Source: Microcoleus sp.
GTDB taxonomy: Bacteria; Cyanobacteriota; Cyanobacteriia; Cyanobacteriales; Microcoleaceae
Direction: 5' to 3'
Assembly: GCA_052279835.1 (NCBI GenBank)
Contig: CP181291.1
Span: 2,400,001 to 2,464,000, forward strand
DNA: 64,000 nucleotides
The notes under the pieces: model-generated
What the model saw: only the letters and a program-made list of their open reading frames with translations
The model's database searches: none
Told to the model about the DNA's origin: nothing
Translations under genes and position numbers: made by a program
Part shown: positions 19,530 through 28,155 of the stretch, piece after piece
Numbering within the stretch: the stretch's first letter is position 1
Layout: every line of letters starts with the position of its first letter

Positions 19530-20120
19530 TTATGTAGTTACTTTGGCCAGTATGGTTTTACCTAATCGCAAGACGGCGTATCCTTTAGAACTTGCGTTCC
19601 CTAATTCTGCTTTTAGAGCCCCTGAACCCGTAAAAGCAGCCTGAAAGGTGGCTATTACGGCATCAACACTTGCTCCTCCTACTGGAAAAGAATAGCTACT
19701 GTCAATATGCTTGACGACTCTTGTCCCCCACGGGGTATTTTTTTCAATTGGTGTTGTCAAACCTTTGTGTACAGTAACCCTTAAAACTTTTTTGTGGTTT
19801 CCAGTAAAGTCCACGACCGCCGCGCCAGTACCAAGGTTAGCTAATGTTGTCGATGCTGGCTTCATGCCAAAAGCTTCCTCAGTACCGTCTGGCAGCGTGG
19901 TTAGCACTGATTCTAATACTGGAACTTTTACAAAAACTTTACCACCTGAACCAACCTGACTAACAAGAACAATATCGGTTGCTGGCTTTTTTTTGTAAGG
20001 TTTCGGAGCTGAACTTAGCTTTTTTGCGAGCAATGCTGCTTCGCGTTTTCTTGCTTTATCGGCTCTTGCCTCTAGTTGTTTCGATGTGATTGCTCTGCCC
20101 ATTTGTTTTTCTGTTTTCAC
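19530..20120 (-). CDS. Hypothetical protein with basic N-terminal arm (capsid/core candidate)
   Basis: First gene of the leftward block; K/R-rich N-terminus, beta-rich remainder. Confidence 0.55.
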   Translation of the reverse strand: MKTEKQMGRAITSKQLEARADKARKREAALLAKKLSSAPKPYKKKPATDIVLVSQVGSGGKVFVKVPVLESVLTTLPDGTEEAFGMKPASTTLANLGTGAAVVDFTGNHKKVLRVTVHKGLTTPIEKNTPWGTRVVKHIDSSYSFPVGGASVDAVIATFQAAFTGSGALKAELGNASSKGYAVLRLGKTILAKVTT

Positions 20121-20236
20121 TTAACATCTCAAACCTAACACAAAAAAAACAAGCGCAAAACACCGTTATCCTAAATCAAACCATATAGGTTTGAAAAATA
20201 TTTTATAATAAATTTGTAAGTTCTGAAATAGCGATT

Positions 20237-21211
20237 ATGCCAACACCAAGAAAACCATCTAAAGCGCCTACATCACAGGATTTACTGCTCCCGCCAGAAG
20301 AACCTTCGCTTTTATACGCACAACGCGAATTGATTCGCACAAACGGGATAGACTTTGAACAATGGTGGGATGAATTCAAAGTTGGTTTCGTAAATGGCAA
20401 CCGCGACAAGGCTACCAACTACAAAACATCGTTGTGGACTAAGCCTAAGTATTCTAATATCACCCCTACGACTTCTACCAGCGGGGCAGTGACTATCGAA
20501 TACTGGCCTGACAAAGATAAACTAGAAGACAGTTATCTACTATCGGGTACTACCAGTGACTTGATAGGGGGAATTATGGCTATTATGCGCCAAAAGTCTA
20601 CTGAGGCGAATTCAGTAAGCGGTAAAGGTAGCAAACCACTGTTACGCGGCTACCCTTGTATCAAACTCCTGTTCATGTCAGATGACGGCATAAAAGGAGT
20701 CAAACAGATAAGATGTGTCGGGTTTACTGAAAATTCCAAAATAGCCGCGAGTAATGGTGGGATTAAGTTATTAACAACAGCCGAAGTTGGTAAGTGGTCG
20801 AACAGGATTAAAACTATTTTTGGCGACAAGGAATTCGCTTGGAACAAAGGTATTTCTTGTCTTAGTTACTCTGGAATGATTGCACGCTTACAAGGTTTAG
20901 AGGGATATGCTTATGTTAAAAGCAAAGCTGACGGCATAATTTTGTTTACAGCTATGCTTGAGATTTTTGGAACAAAGCCAGATATGGACGGATTTAATTT
21001 TAGTGAAAAAATTAATACCTCTCAGTTTACAAAAGGACAAGAGGAAACAAGGTTAATTTTAAACCAGAAAGTCAAAATTTCCGATAAGCGCCCGATAGCG
21101 AATTGTAAATTTGTTAGCGCTAGCTTGGTTTTAGACGGATTAAAGAAGCCCATACCCTTGGTTAGAGGTAAAGTTGCTTTTAATTTAAGTGATGTTGTTT
21201 TAAGTGCTTGA
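20237..21211 (+). CDS. Hypothetical protein of the element
   Basis: 324-aa ORF divergent from the putative structural block. Confidence 0.65.
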   Translation: MPTPRKPSKAPTSQDLLLPPEEPSLLYAQRELIRTNGIDFEQWWDEFKVGFVNGNRDKATNYKTSLWTKPKYSNITPTTSTSGAVTIEYWPDKDKLEDSYLLSGTTSDLIGGIMAIMRQKSTEANSVSGKGSKPLLRGYPCIKLLFMSDDGIKGVKQIRCVGFTENSKIAASNGGIKLLTTAEVGKWSNRIKTIFGDKEFAWNKGISCLSYSGMIARLQGLEGYAYVKSKADGIILFTAMLEIFGTKPDMDGFNFSEKINTSQFTKGQEETRLILNQKVKISDKRPIANCKFVSASLVLDGLKKPIPLVRGKVAFNLSDVVLSA

Positions 21212-21414
21212 ATTTATGGGGGTAAATAAGGGGGTAAAATTATCTATATATATAAGTATAAATATGTAAGTATTCCCGCCCCTTTCCCGCCCTACATTAT
21301 TTTTTTTGGAACAAGGTGTAGTGTGGTGTATCTTTATACAACCAGATTTTTAAACGCTTGTCAAGTAATTGTAATAAATCTTTACATACCAATTTTAAAT
21401 GTAACGAATTGTAA

Positions 21415-21476
21415 CAAACGCTTGCTTTTGAACTAAAAACAGTCTCACCCATTTTTAGTTCAAAAGCAAGCGTTTG
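21415..21476. repeat. Perfect 25-bp inverted repeat, 12-nt loop, abutting GGAGG RBS
   Basis: CAAACGCTTGCTTTTGAACTAAAAA / TTTTTAGTTCAAAAGCAAGCGTTTG. Confidence 0.95.
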
Positions 21477-21484
21477 GAGGGCGA

Positions 21485-21973
21485 GTGTCTAAGTATTTCA
21501 ACAGACTTGTTTTTTACGATCAGATTAGTGGTGAGACTTTTGAACGCCGTCCAAAGGACGCTCCGTCAGGGCAGATCATTAAGTTTGATAGCAAATTGGA
21601 GTTTGGGGTGTTTTTAGAGCTAAAGCATTACGCATCAAGCTTTGAAATTAAATACCAGATCCCTGTTGAATTGAAACCTAAAACAAAATACAGTCCGTCC
21701 AGTCATTATGTAGTTGACTTTGGAGCTTATGACAAGCAAATTGGAGAGTTTGATTTTTATGTTGAAGCCAAAGGACTTTTGACCCCTGAAGCTGCATTTA
21801 AACTTCAAATGCTTGAGGTAGTTGAGCCTAGTGTTCGAGAAAAACTTGTGATTGTTTCGCAAGTTTCAAATCATTACTTTGGCAAAAAATTTCCACCATC
21901 GATAACAATGGCAGAACTTAAGGCGTACTTGGAGAACAAGCACAATGTCAAAAGAAAACACAACAGAAAGTAA
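21485..21973 (+). CDS. DUF1064-like PD-(D/E)XK nuclease (possible junction resolvase)
   Basis: FDSKLE...YQ...YVVDF...VEAKG...T motif series; GGAGG RBS. Confidence 0.7.
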   Translation: MSKYFNRLVFYDQISGETFERRPKDAPSGQIIKFDSKLEFGVFLELKHYASSFEIKYQIPVELKPKTKYSPSSHYVVDFGAYDKQIGEFDFYVEAKGLLTPEAAFKLQMLEVVEPSVREKLVIVSQVSNHYFGKKFPPSITMAELKAYLENKHNVKRKHNRK

Positions 21974-22499
21974 ACGAGAACTACCGATTTATCACTGGTC
22001 AGAAATAGCTTCTCCCAGATTTAAGTTAACTGAAAAGTTGTTTTTGGAGTCGATTACGGTTACACAAACCGTGCATAAGCGTAACCAGACTCCAAAAACA
22101 ACACAAGCGCACCCAGCTTTTGTCGTTTATGATGTTGGCTTTGTCAATTACAAGTTATTGGAGGTAATAGCACCTTTAATAGCAGAAGAATTAATTGACA
22201 AAAATATTGGCTTTGACCAAGAGTCTTTTTCTAAAGGATTCTTAGAGCAGAGCCAGTTGGTGTTTGACAAAACTTACGCCAATCTCATTTCTTCTCTGGC
22301 GACTGTTCTTACTGAGGCGATACAAGCTTACGGTAGTTGTGCCATTAAATCAGAGGACTTTGGAATTACGTTAAACCCAACTGCTTCTGTGATTGTCAGA
22401 TCTTTTAAGTTAGTCCAAGAGCTTGCTCGCACAACCGACCCGGATGTTTTGCCTGTCGAGGACAACAACAAAGGCGATATTTCCGATAGTGGTTTGTAA
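21945..22499 (+). CDS. Hypothetical protein
   Basis: 184-aa ORF overlapping the previous gene. Confidence 0.6.
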   Translation: MSKENTTESKRELPIYHWSEIASPRFKLTEKLFLESITVTQTVHKRNQTPKTTQAHPAFVVYDVGFVNYKLLEVIAPLIAEELIDKNIGFDQESFSKGFLEQSQLVFDKTYANLISSLATVLTEAIQAYGSCAIKSEDFGITLNPTASVIVRSFKLVQELARTTDPDVLPVEDNNKGDISDSGL

Positions 22500-22561
22500 A
22501 CAAATTCTTTTTATCCCTTTATTTAAGGGGGTAAAAGTTCAACACAACAAAGGAAAACTCA

Positions 22562-23311
22562 ATGAGTATTTCGGTTTCTACAAAGGACAACTTCTACGTT
22601 TTGTATTTTGGAGAGTCAACTGTCGCTAACGACCGAATTGCGTGGCAAGAAGTAGCGTTAATCAATAATGGCGACACGATAACCTGTTATGGAGTCCTTT
22701 CTGCCGATTCAGTTGGATTGATAAAATATAAAGACAAAACCTGGTATCCAGACGGGAAAAAAGCTGTCTTAAAGATTAACGGCTCTCAAGAGAAAGATGG
22801 TTGGGACAAAGAGGAGTCAAAATTCAAAAAAGTCCCTACACCCAAAGAAGAATTGTTGCTCTACGATTTATTGAAGCAAATTGTAGAGCAAAATCCTCAG
22901 ACGTGCTTTGCAGGGCATATATCCCCTTGGGTGAATCCGTTTTACTGGGAGTTTTTAAAAGAGGACGCTAATTCCCCACGTGTTCACAAAATGCGCGAAG
23001 ATTTAGTTTACCTTTGTCCTTGTACTCAAACTCTACTTACGCATTCAGAAATTGATGCCTTTGCTATTTCTGTATCAAAAACCAAGTCATATGGAAGTTT
23101 TAAAAGCGAAACCGAGTCAAATAGAATTAAAGCTCGTATGGATTTTTTGACTTTACAAATGGCGGATGTTGCTCAGTTTAGGGACTTGTACGATCTAGCA
23201 ACCCAGATTGTAATGGCAAGTGAAGGTTCCGAGCGCTTTACGGCTACTAAAATATTAGAGCTGGCGATCGCAAAAACCCTAGAATTGACCGCAATAATTT
23301 TGGGAGCTTAA
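22562..23311 (+). CDS. Hypothetical protein
   Basis: 249-aa ORF with AAGGA RBS. Confidence 0.65.
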   Translation: MSISVSTKDNFYVLYFGESTVANDRIAWQEVALINNGDTITCYGVLSADSVGLIKYKDKTWYPDGKKAVLKINGSQEKDGWDKEESKFKKVPTPKEELLLYDLLKQIVEQNPQTCFAGHISPWVNPFYWEFLKEDANSPRVHKMREDLVYLCPCTQTLLTHSEIDAFAISVSKTKSYGSFKSETESNRIKARMDFLTLQMADVAQFRDLYDLATQIVMASEGSERFTATKILELAIAKTLELTAIILGA

Positions 23312-23314
23312 ACA

Positions 23315-24589
23315 GTGCTGAGCAAAAAAGGTATCAAGCAAATACAACAGGCTTTAGCCAATGTCGATGACAAAGCTGAACCGGAACTCCACAATAAAGC
23401 AGAAGTAGAGTTATATCCTGAATCCGTTCAACAGGAACTGACGATAGCAGATTTTGCCAAGGAATTTAACTCAGAAGGCGAAGGTGGTTACCCGGCTTTA
23501 CTTGAGAATGGCGACATAGGGCTTAGTGCTATAAACGTCCTCAAAAAAGTGACTTTAGGTCTCGACGAATGGGCTTACACATTTCTTGCGTCTTACAGTT
23601 GCTTGCCTAGTGTTTTAACCAAGGTGCTACCAATTGTTGAGATTAACGGCGAGGCTGGTTCTGGCAAATCTCAATTGTTGTTAGCGATTGGTCATATTTC
23701 GGGCAATAACGTCATTAGCGGCCAGTCCACAGGTGCAAGTCTTAAAAATCACGTTAATCAAATACGCTGGCGTGACCCGGACACTAAGTACCACGAAAAA
23801 AACTGCCTTTTGTTAATCGACAATTTGACAGAGGATAGCTTCAAAAAAGAAGAATACTTAAGCTCTTTTTTGAACGGCTACAAAAGAAGCACAGACCGAA
23901 CTTACATCTCAAACGGAAAAGGGCAAAATCTCGAATTTAGAACTTTCTGTGGAAAATTGTACACAACAATCTGGGATACAAATTCCACGGAATTAGCGCG
24001 ACGAACTATCAGGCTCAAAACCCAGAAAATATCCAGTTTAGAAGTAGCACTAGACCCAGAAGAAATCTACTGGAAACCGCTAACCACTGCACTGGCAGTT
24101 TTTTGGAATAATCCTGAAAATTGGAGTAGTTTTGCTCGAAACTACAAAAAGTACGGTCGTTTTGCAAAACCAAGACACAGCAAAGAACACTGGACACTTT
24201 TGAGAGACGTAATTGTTGCAGGAGTCACTGCTGGAGCATGGTCTACTCTTGATGACGCGATCGCAAGTACAGCAAACTGGCTCGACAAAACTCTAGTAAC
24301 TCGCTCGTCTTTGACCGAGTTGGTAATTTTACGTGCGCTAGAAAGTATCTTAGGGTTACCACAAACAGACTGGGAAGAAATAAGCAAAAAGCACTTGATA
24401 TCAGTTTCACCACGACAACTAAAAGGTGCAATTGAGGAAGCCGTCAAAGATGGACTAATTGAGCGCCCAAAACTAAGCGTTGTGCAACAACACCTAACTA
24501 AATTAGGTTTTGGGGCGTCACAAAAAGACGGCCAGTTAGGCTACGCATACAAAAGAAAAAAACAACAAGAGAACCGAGATGAGCGATAA
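23315..24589 (+). CDS. P-loop ATPase, probable replicative helicase-type protein
   Basis: Walker A GEAGSGKS, Walker B LLLIDN, FLNGYKRS, ELARR Arg-finger-like motif. Confidence 0.7.
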   Translation: MLSKKGIKQIQQALANVDDKAEPELHNKAEVELYPESVQQELTIADFAKEFNSEGEGGYPALLENGDIGLSAINVLKKVTLGLDEWAYTFLASYSCLPSVLTKVLPIVEINGEAGSGKSQLLLAIGHISGNNVISGQSTGASLKNHVNQIRWRDPDTKYHEKNCLLLIDNLTEDSFKKEEYLSSFLNGYKRSTDRTYISNGKGQNLEFRTFCGKLYTTIWDTNSTELARRTIRLKTQKISSLEVALDPEEIYWKPLTTALAVFWNNPENWSSFARNYKKYGRFAKPRHSKEHWTLLRDVIVAGVTAGAWSTLDDAIASTANWLDKTLVTRSSLTELVILRALESILGLPQTDWEEISKKHLISVSPRQLKGAIEEAVKDGLIERPKLSVVQQHLTKLGFGASQKDGQLGYAYKRKKQQENRDER

Positions 24590-25061
24590 TTTCTATACGC
24601 CAGACTGGTTGATTGACGAGGTTGTCGAGTTTTATGGTGGTGAGCTTGATTTAGATCCAAGTGCGGATGCTGGTAAACGAATTCCCGCAGTCAGCCACTA
24701 CACTATCAAAGAAAACGGACTAAAATTCTACTGGGACGCGAAAACGATTTACTGTAACCCGCCATACTCGCGATCGCCAGCGTCAAACATAAGCAAGTGG
24801 GTCGATAAAGCCGTTGACTCGCACGAAAAGTTTGGAGGAGAGACACTTTTACTACTCCCTGCAAGCACCGACACAGTATGGTGTCAAAAGCTGCTGTCTA
24901 ACGCCGCGGCGTGTCTGTTTTTTAAAGGCAGAATCAATTTCCTTGACGAGAATTACAAACCCACAAAAGGTACTGGTAAATTTGCTTCAATGCTCGCGTA
25001 TCTTGGAACTTGGGAGAAGACCTTTGAGCGGCAATTTAATAAATATGGAGTCGTCAAATGA
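24579..25061 (+). CDS. Phage N6-adenine DNA methyltransferase (PF05869 Dam-type)
   Basis: DNFYTPDW, DLDPSA, YCNPPYS, LLPASTDT.W, KGRINF. Confidence 0.85.
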   Translation: MSDNFYTPDWLIDEVVEFYGGELDLDPSADAGKRIPAVSHYTIKENGLKFYWDAKTIYCNPPYSRSPASNISKWVDKAVDSHEKFGGETLLLLPASTDTVWCQKLLSNAAACLFFKGRINFLDENYKPTKGTGKFASMLAYLGTWEKTFERQFNKYGVVK

Positions 25062-25348
25062 CCCCACAGCTTGAGGGTATTCTGATGCTCCCAGTAGATG
25101 AAACAGCAACAAACAAAGCTGCACTTGCGAAGGAGTTTATTGAATCGCAACACACAATCCTAGAGTACGGTGTTTTCTTTCAGTGGCTTGCTAACGAATT
25201 GTCAAAAAATGATTTGGAGTTTACATCTCAAATTTATTTTTTGACTTCCTTAGATATGCCCCGTGCCAGACTACTATCTATTTGGTTGTTTAAGGTTTCA
25301 GATTTTACCCCCTTAAATAAGGGTATAAAAATCACACTAGAAACGTAG
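25058..25348 (+). CDS. Hypothetical protein
   Basis: ATGA overlap with the methylase stop. Confidence 0.5.
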   Translation: MTPQLEGILMLPVDETATNKAALAKEFIESQHTILEYGVFFQWLANELSKNDLEFTSQIYFLTSLDMPRARLLSIWLFKVSDFTPLNKGIKITLET

Positions 25349-25421
25349 ACAATCTAATCTAGTCAAATAGTCCGCAATGACTTTAAACTACGAATCCCTC
25401 TATTAACCTACCCTAAACACC

Positions 25422-25745
25422 ATGGAAGACAACATAGACCGAATTCAGGCAAGAGTTAATCAACAATACGTGGTAGAACAGTTAATGAACCACGGAGAAC
25501 GACTAGCGAACCACGCAGAGCAACTTAAAATCATCGCTCAGGAGCTGAAGATTCTTGGTGAAGTTGTTGTAAATTACAACACCTTGTTGCAGTACCAGGC
25601 GACCCTAAACAAGGTGTTGATAGGTGTTTTGGGAAGACAGTCTTTTATATCAACCGAAGAACAAGGCGATCTAGCGCAACTCAATAAGAGTCTCAACACA
25701 TTAGTTGAAAATTGTTTATTTGAGACTGAGGATTTTTGGTCATGA
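25422..25745 (+). CDS. Helical hypothetical protein
   Basis: 107-aa ATG ORF. Confidence 0.55.
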   Translation: MEDNIDRIQARVNQQYVVEQLMNHGERLANHAEQLKIIAQELKILGEVVVNYNTLLQYQATLNKVLIGVLGRQSFISTEEQGDLAQLNKSLNTLVENCLFETEDFWS

Positions 25746-26017
25746 GTGAAGTAACTCCCGACATTGATTTGGTTCGACTTAGTAATCGCTTGGCAGAGCT
25801 AGAAGCTAAGGTCTACAAATCGCCTAAGCAACGCAAAAAACGATTTTACTGCTGTGCTGAAGTAACCGAAAACACAAAGCTAACAATGGCTGAAATAGCC
25901 AAATCCAAAGGAGTGACTACGACTAAGTTGTTAGCAGAATTGATTGAAGAATTTATCTTTAATCAGCCTGAGCTTAAACCGGAAGACAGTGTAGTTATTA
26001 AGGAACTTGATTGGTGA
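25742..26017 (+). CDS. Putative RHH/CopG-like DNA-binding protein
   Basis: RFYCCAEVTENTKLTMAEIAKSKGVTTTKLLAELIEEF; ATGA coupling. Confidence 0.6.
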   Translation: MSEVTPDIDLVRLSNRLAELEAKVYKSPKQRKKRFYCCAEVTENTKLTMAEIAKSKGVTTTKLLAELIEEFIFNQPELKPEDSVVIKELDW

Positions 26018-26104
26018 CAACACAAAATTCCAATGAAATTTTTGCAGTCGCTCACAAACAGCATCAATCACTTTCCTTGACTCAATCAAACCAACTTACC
26101 CAAA

Positions 26105-26476
26105 ATGACCAACATGATACATAATGACGACAATTTAGAACTAGAGTACGCCGAATTTGTACTTGCTACAACAAACAGGCTAAATGCTATCCAAGACAAG
26201 TTTGACGGTATTGAAGCAAGATTGACCGCGCTAGAGAGTAGACTCGACCAACATTATTTGGTAATAAATCAAGTTCTGACACGTATGGTGGTTTATGACA
26301 TTGACACGGCGTACTTTGTAAAGAATGTTACACATAACTTCTGTGCAATCACTGAAGGACACAATCGACTAATCAAAGACCTGGTTGATTGTGTCAAGAG
26401 GGATGGCGCTATCAGTTCAATAACAGTATCTTCTCTTAATAAATCTAGGGTCAGAAAGAGTAACACCGAGTTCTAG
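26105..26476 (+). CDS. Coiled-coil hypothetical protein
   Basis: 123 aa, LNAIQDKFDGIEARLTALESRL. Confidence 0.55.
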   Translation: MTNMIHNDDNLELEYAEFVLATTNRLNAIQDKFDGIEARLTALESRLDQHYLVINQVLTRMVVYDIDTAYFVKNVTHNFCAITEGHNRLIKDLVDCVKRDGAISSITVSSLNKSRVRKSNTEF

Positions 26477-26491
26477 ACTCTGATTTTAGCC

Positions 26492-26533
26492 AATAAAAAA
26501 CCCCCTAAGTTAATTCCTAGGGGGTTTATTTTT
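26492..26533. terminator. Bidirectional intrinsic terminator between convergent genes
   Basis: AAAAAACCCCCTA...TAGGGGGTTTATTTTT. Confidence 0.7.
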
Positions 26534-26556
26534 ATACCCTTAAATAAGGGGGTAAA

Positions 26557-27999
26557 TTACACTTGGACTAATTCGACAGATTCGTTAATTCCGAGATAGT
26601 GTCGTAATATCACATCAACACTGTTACCGCAGCTACTGGCTATATATAGTAATGCGTTGTTATTGTGTGCATTAGCGTGTGCCGTGAGCGTTATATACGT
26701 GTGCCTGGTGTGGTAGAGAGTTAAATAGCCAGAGACTTTACCTTGACGAGCTAATTCGGAAACTAAACCAGGATAGTAATACGTTTTTTTCTCTCCTGTG
26801 GACAAAGTTTTTTTCTGACCTGAATCACGCCAAGCTATATTTAAACTACCTTTGCAGAGAAACCCGCCTTTCTCATTAGGGAATATGAGTGAATTGTTAC
26901 TCATATTTCTAAGATCTAGGAGCAGAGCCTTTAATCGACTGTTTTCGTGAAAATAGAACAGTCGAACTTCGTTGGTTTTGGTAGTCTTGACTTTGCGAGT
27001 AGTGAAACCTAAAGACTTACTAAACCGAATCACGTTGCGCTCAAAATCGACATCTTTCCAAGTTAGTGCAAGGGCTTCACTTGTACGGCATCCTGTTAAG
27101 AAATAGAACTCAATTAAGGGTGCGAATCTAGACTGAGTTTTTTTAGGCGATTCATAGAACGCCTTGACAATGGTATCGCGTTCATCTTTTGTGAATGAAC
27201 GCCTATCTGTTTCTAGGGCCTCCTCATCCTCTGTCTCGTGCCATTCAACCTCGACACCATCCACGATTTTGGAAGCATATTTTTGTTGAGTCGTAACAAC
27301 AGGGGTAGCAAACTTCGCTACATCAAAGGGGTTTTTAGTGGCTGAATGAACTATCAACCCTTTTGATTTAGCTAGATCAAAAGCCTCATTCAGAGCCGAA
27401 ATTAGCTCGGATTTTCTACTTATGTTAATCTCAGCTAAACAGCTATCTATCTTGCTACAATTAGTTAGCGTTAACTCCCTTAAATTCGAGTCAGATAGTA
27501 AGTGACGACATACTTTTTTGTCCCAAACTTTCCCCGCAATTGCGTTAGAAAGATAGCGTAAATATTTATCGCGGAACGTCGTTTCCTCAACTACAGTTTT
27601 CTTCCACTCTAAATATGCTTCCCACATCTCGCCTACAGTAATCTCAGGTACAGTTTGAATCGTACCAGGCAACTGTAGAACCTCGGCTAGTTTGGCGTAT
27701 TTACCCCCCCCTAAGCCGTACTTAGCAAGGGTAGGGTCAAATAGTTTCTCCCATTCTGGATGGTCTAAATCGGCTTCTAGAGCGATCGCAATAGCAGTCG
27801 CTCTCTTCCAGTCATCAGGTTCATCAGCAGAGAAGCCGTATTTGCCTATTCCTAGGCACTTTGGTTTCCCTTTGAGTGATTTACCGTCTAACTGTTCCCA
27901 GAGGGCGTTATGGCGCTTAGGGAATCGCAGTGCGAGGCTACCTTTGTCAGCGTACACGGCAATATCAGAAGCGGATTGAGCTTTGGTTTGAGCTTTCAT
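26557..27999 (-). CDS. Tyrosine recombinase/integrase with N-terminal arm-binding-like domain
   Basis: FLTGCRTSEALAL (catalytic R), KTTKT, YHTRHTY (H-x-R-H), GNSVDVILRHY (catalytic Y); adjacent to attR. Confidence 0.92.
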   Translation of the reverse strand: MKAQTKAQSASDIAVYADKGSLALRFPKRHNALWEQLDGKSLKGKPKCLGIGKYGFSADEPDDWKRATAIAIALEADLDHPEWEKLFDPTLAKYGLGGGKYAKLAEVLQLPGTIQTVPEITVGEMWEAYLEWKKTVVEETTFRDKYLRYLSNAIAGKVWDKKVCRHLLSDSNLRELTLTNCSKIDSCLAEINISRKSELISALNEAFDLAKSKGLIVHSATKNPFDVAKFATPVVTTQQKYASKIVDGVEVEWHETEDEEALETDRRSFTKDERDTIVKAFYESPKKTQSRFAPLIEFYFLTGCRTSEALALTWKDVDFERNVIRFSKSLGFTTRKVKTTKTNEVRLFYFHENSRLKALLLDLRNMSNNSLIFPNEKGGFLCKGSLNIAWRDSGQKKTLSTGEKKTYYYPGLVSELARQGKVSGYLTLYHTRHTYITLTAHANAHNNNALLYIASSCGNSVDVILRHYLGINESVELVQV

Positions 28000-28139
28000 A
28001 GGGGGTAGTCCTAAAGTATTGAGTTTTCAAGGTTCTGGCGTTCTAGACAAAATCTAGATTACTCTAGTTTCTGCCTGTTTGTTTTTACCCCCTTATTTAT
28101 GAGGGTAAACGTTTCAGCTAGTATAGCATAATTATCTAA

Positions 28140-28155
28140 CTTATTCCAACATATC
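28140..28155 (+). repeat. attR core CTTATTCCAACATATC
   Basis: Exact repeat of 12378-12393. Confidence 0.92.

Larger units (their letters stand above)
13176..28109. repeat. Eight dispersed 26-bp motifs TTTA-N6-TAAATA-N6-TAAA (either strand)
   Basis: Copies start at 13176, 16067, 18411, 21213, 22510, 25304, 26531, 28084. Confidence 0.85.
12378..28155. mobile_element. 15.8-kb integrated prophage/virus-like element with tyrosine integrase
   Basis: att direct repeats, integrase next to attR, phage-type genes, split host gene. Confidence 0.9.

Noticed and set aside
13176..28109. 26-bp repeats as a CRISPR array
   Set aside because: Copies are kilobases apart with genes between them; no spacer-sized gaps and no cas genes
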